Assembly (NCBI GenBank): GCA_021613535.1
Contig: CP075494.1
Location: 3,596,001 to 3,660,000, forward strand
DNA from: Adineta vaga
Taxonomy: Eukaryota; Animalia; Rotifera
DNA length: 64,000 nt
Direction of reading: 5' to 3'
Shown piece by piece: positions 63,733-64,000 of this stretch. The notes below the pieces were generated by a model that did not search any database, was not told the DNA's origin, and saw only the letters and a list, made by a program, of their open reading frames with translations. Position 1 is the stretch's first letter, and each line of letters opens with the position of its first letter. The translations under genes were made by a program, and so were the position numbers.

Positions 63733-64000
63733 ATCGTCAACAATTACAACAAGTGAAATTACTATTATTAATTCGTATTTATTATTTTCTTCAATCGTTC
63801 TAGATACTGAAACATCAACATCAATTTCAAGTATAACAACATTACGATGTTAGAATATTATTCAATATAATAAGTATTTATTTATTTTAAGCTTCAACAT
63901 TGTATATTCTACTACGACAACGATTACGAAAAGTATATCTTATTATTTAATTTAAATGAATTCTAATAAAATTATTTTATTGTACGTCAGCATTCTACAA

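Overview
This is AT-rich eukaryotic genomic DNA with short GT-AG introns (about 50-60 bp). The gene repertoire (F-box/LRR, NHL, ART, many intronless GPCRs, an NR1J-type receptor, bacterial- and fungal-like enzymes) most likely indicates a bdelloid rotifer; this is inferred from content, not from a search. About 20 genes and several pseudogenes are visible. They include a secreted knottin-like peptide, two convergent F-box/LRR genes built from 84-nt exons, several probable foreign enzymes, a nuclear receptor, an ankyrin-ART-TM-NHL protein, a lipase, a GPCR cluster, an F-box gene and a 5'-truncated multidomain RNA-repair gene. Mobile DNA includes several MITEs, a deleted MULE and a Penelope-type hammerhead ribozyme. 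The main unexplained signal is a dispersed 40-75 bp palindrome, about 20 two-armed copies plus about 6 half-sites. Its consensus is ATCT-TGAGGG-TGTGGG..[variable spacer]..CCCACA-CCCTCA-AGAT, i.e. inward-facing bdelloid telomeric hexamers. It occupies most intergenic intervals, coincides with gene truncations, and often lies next to transposon insertions.
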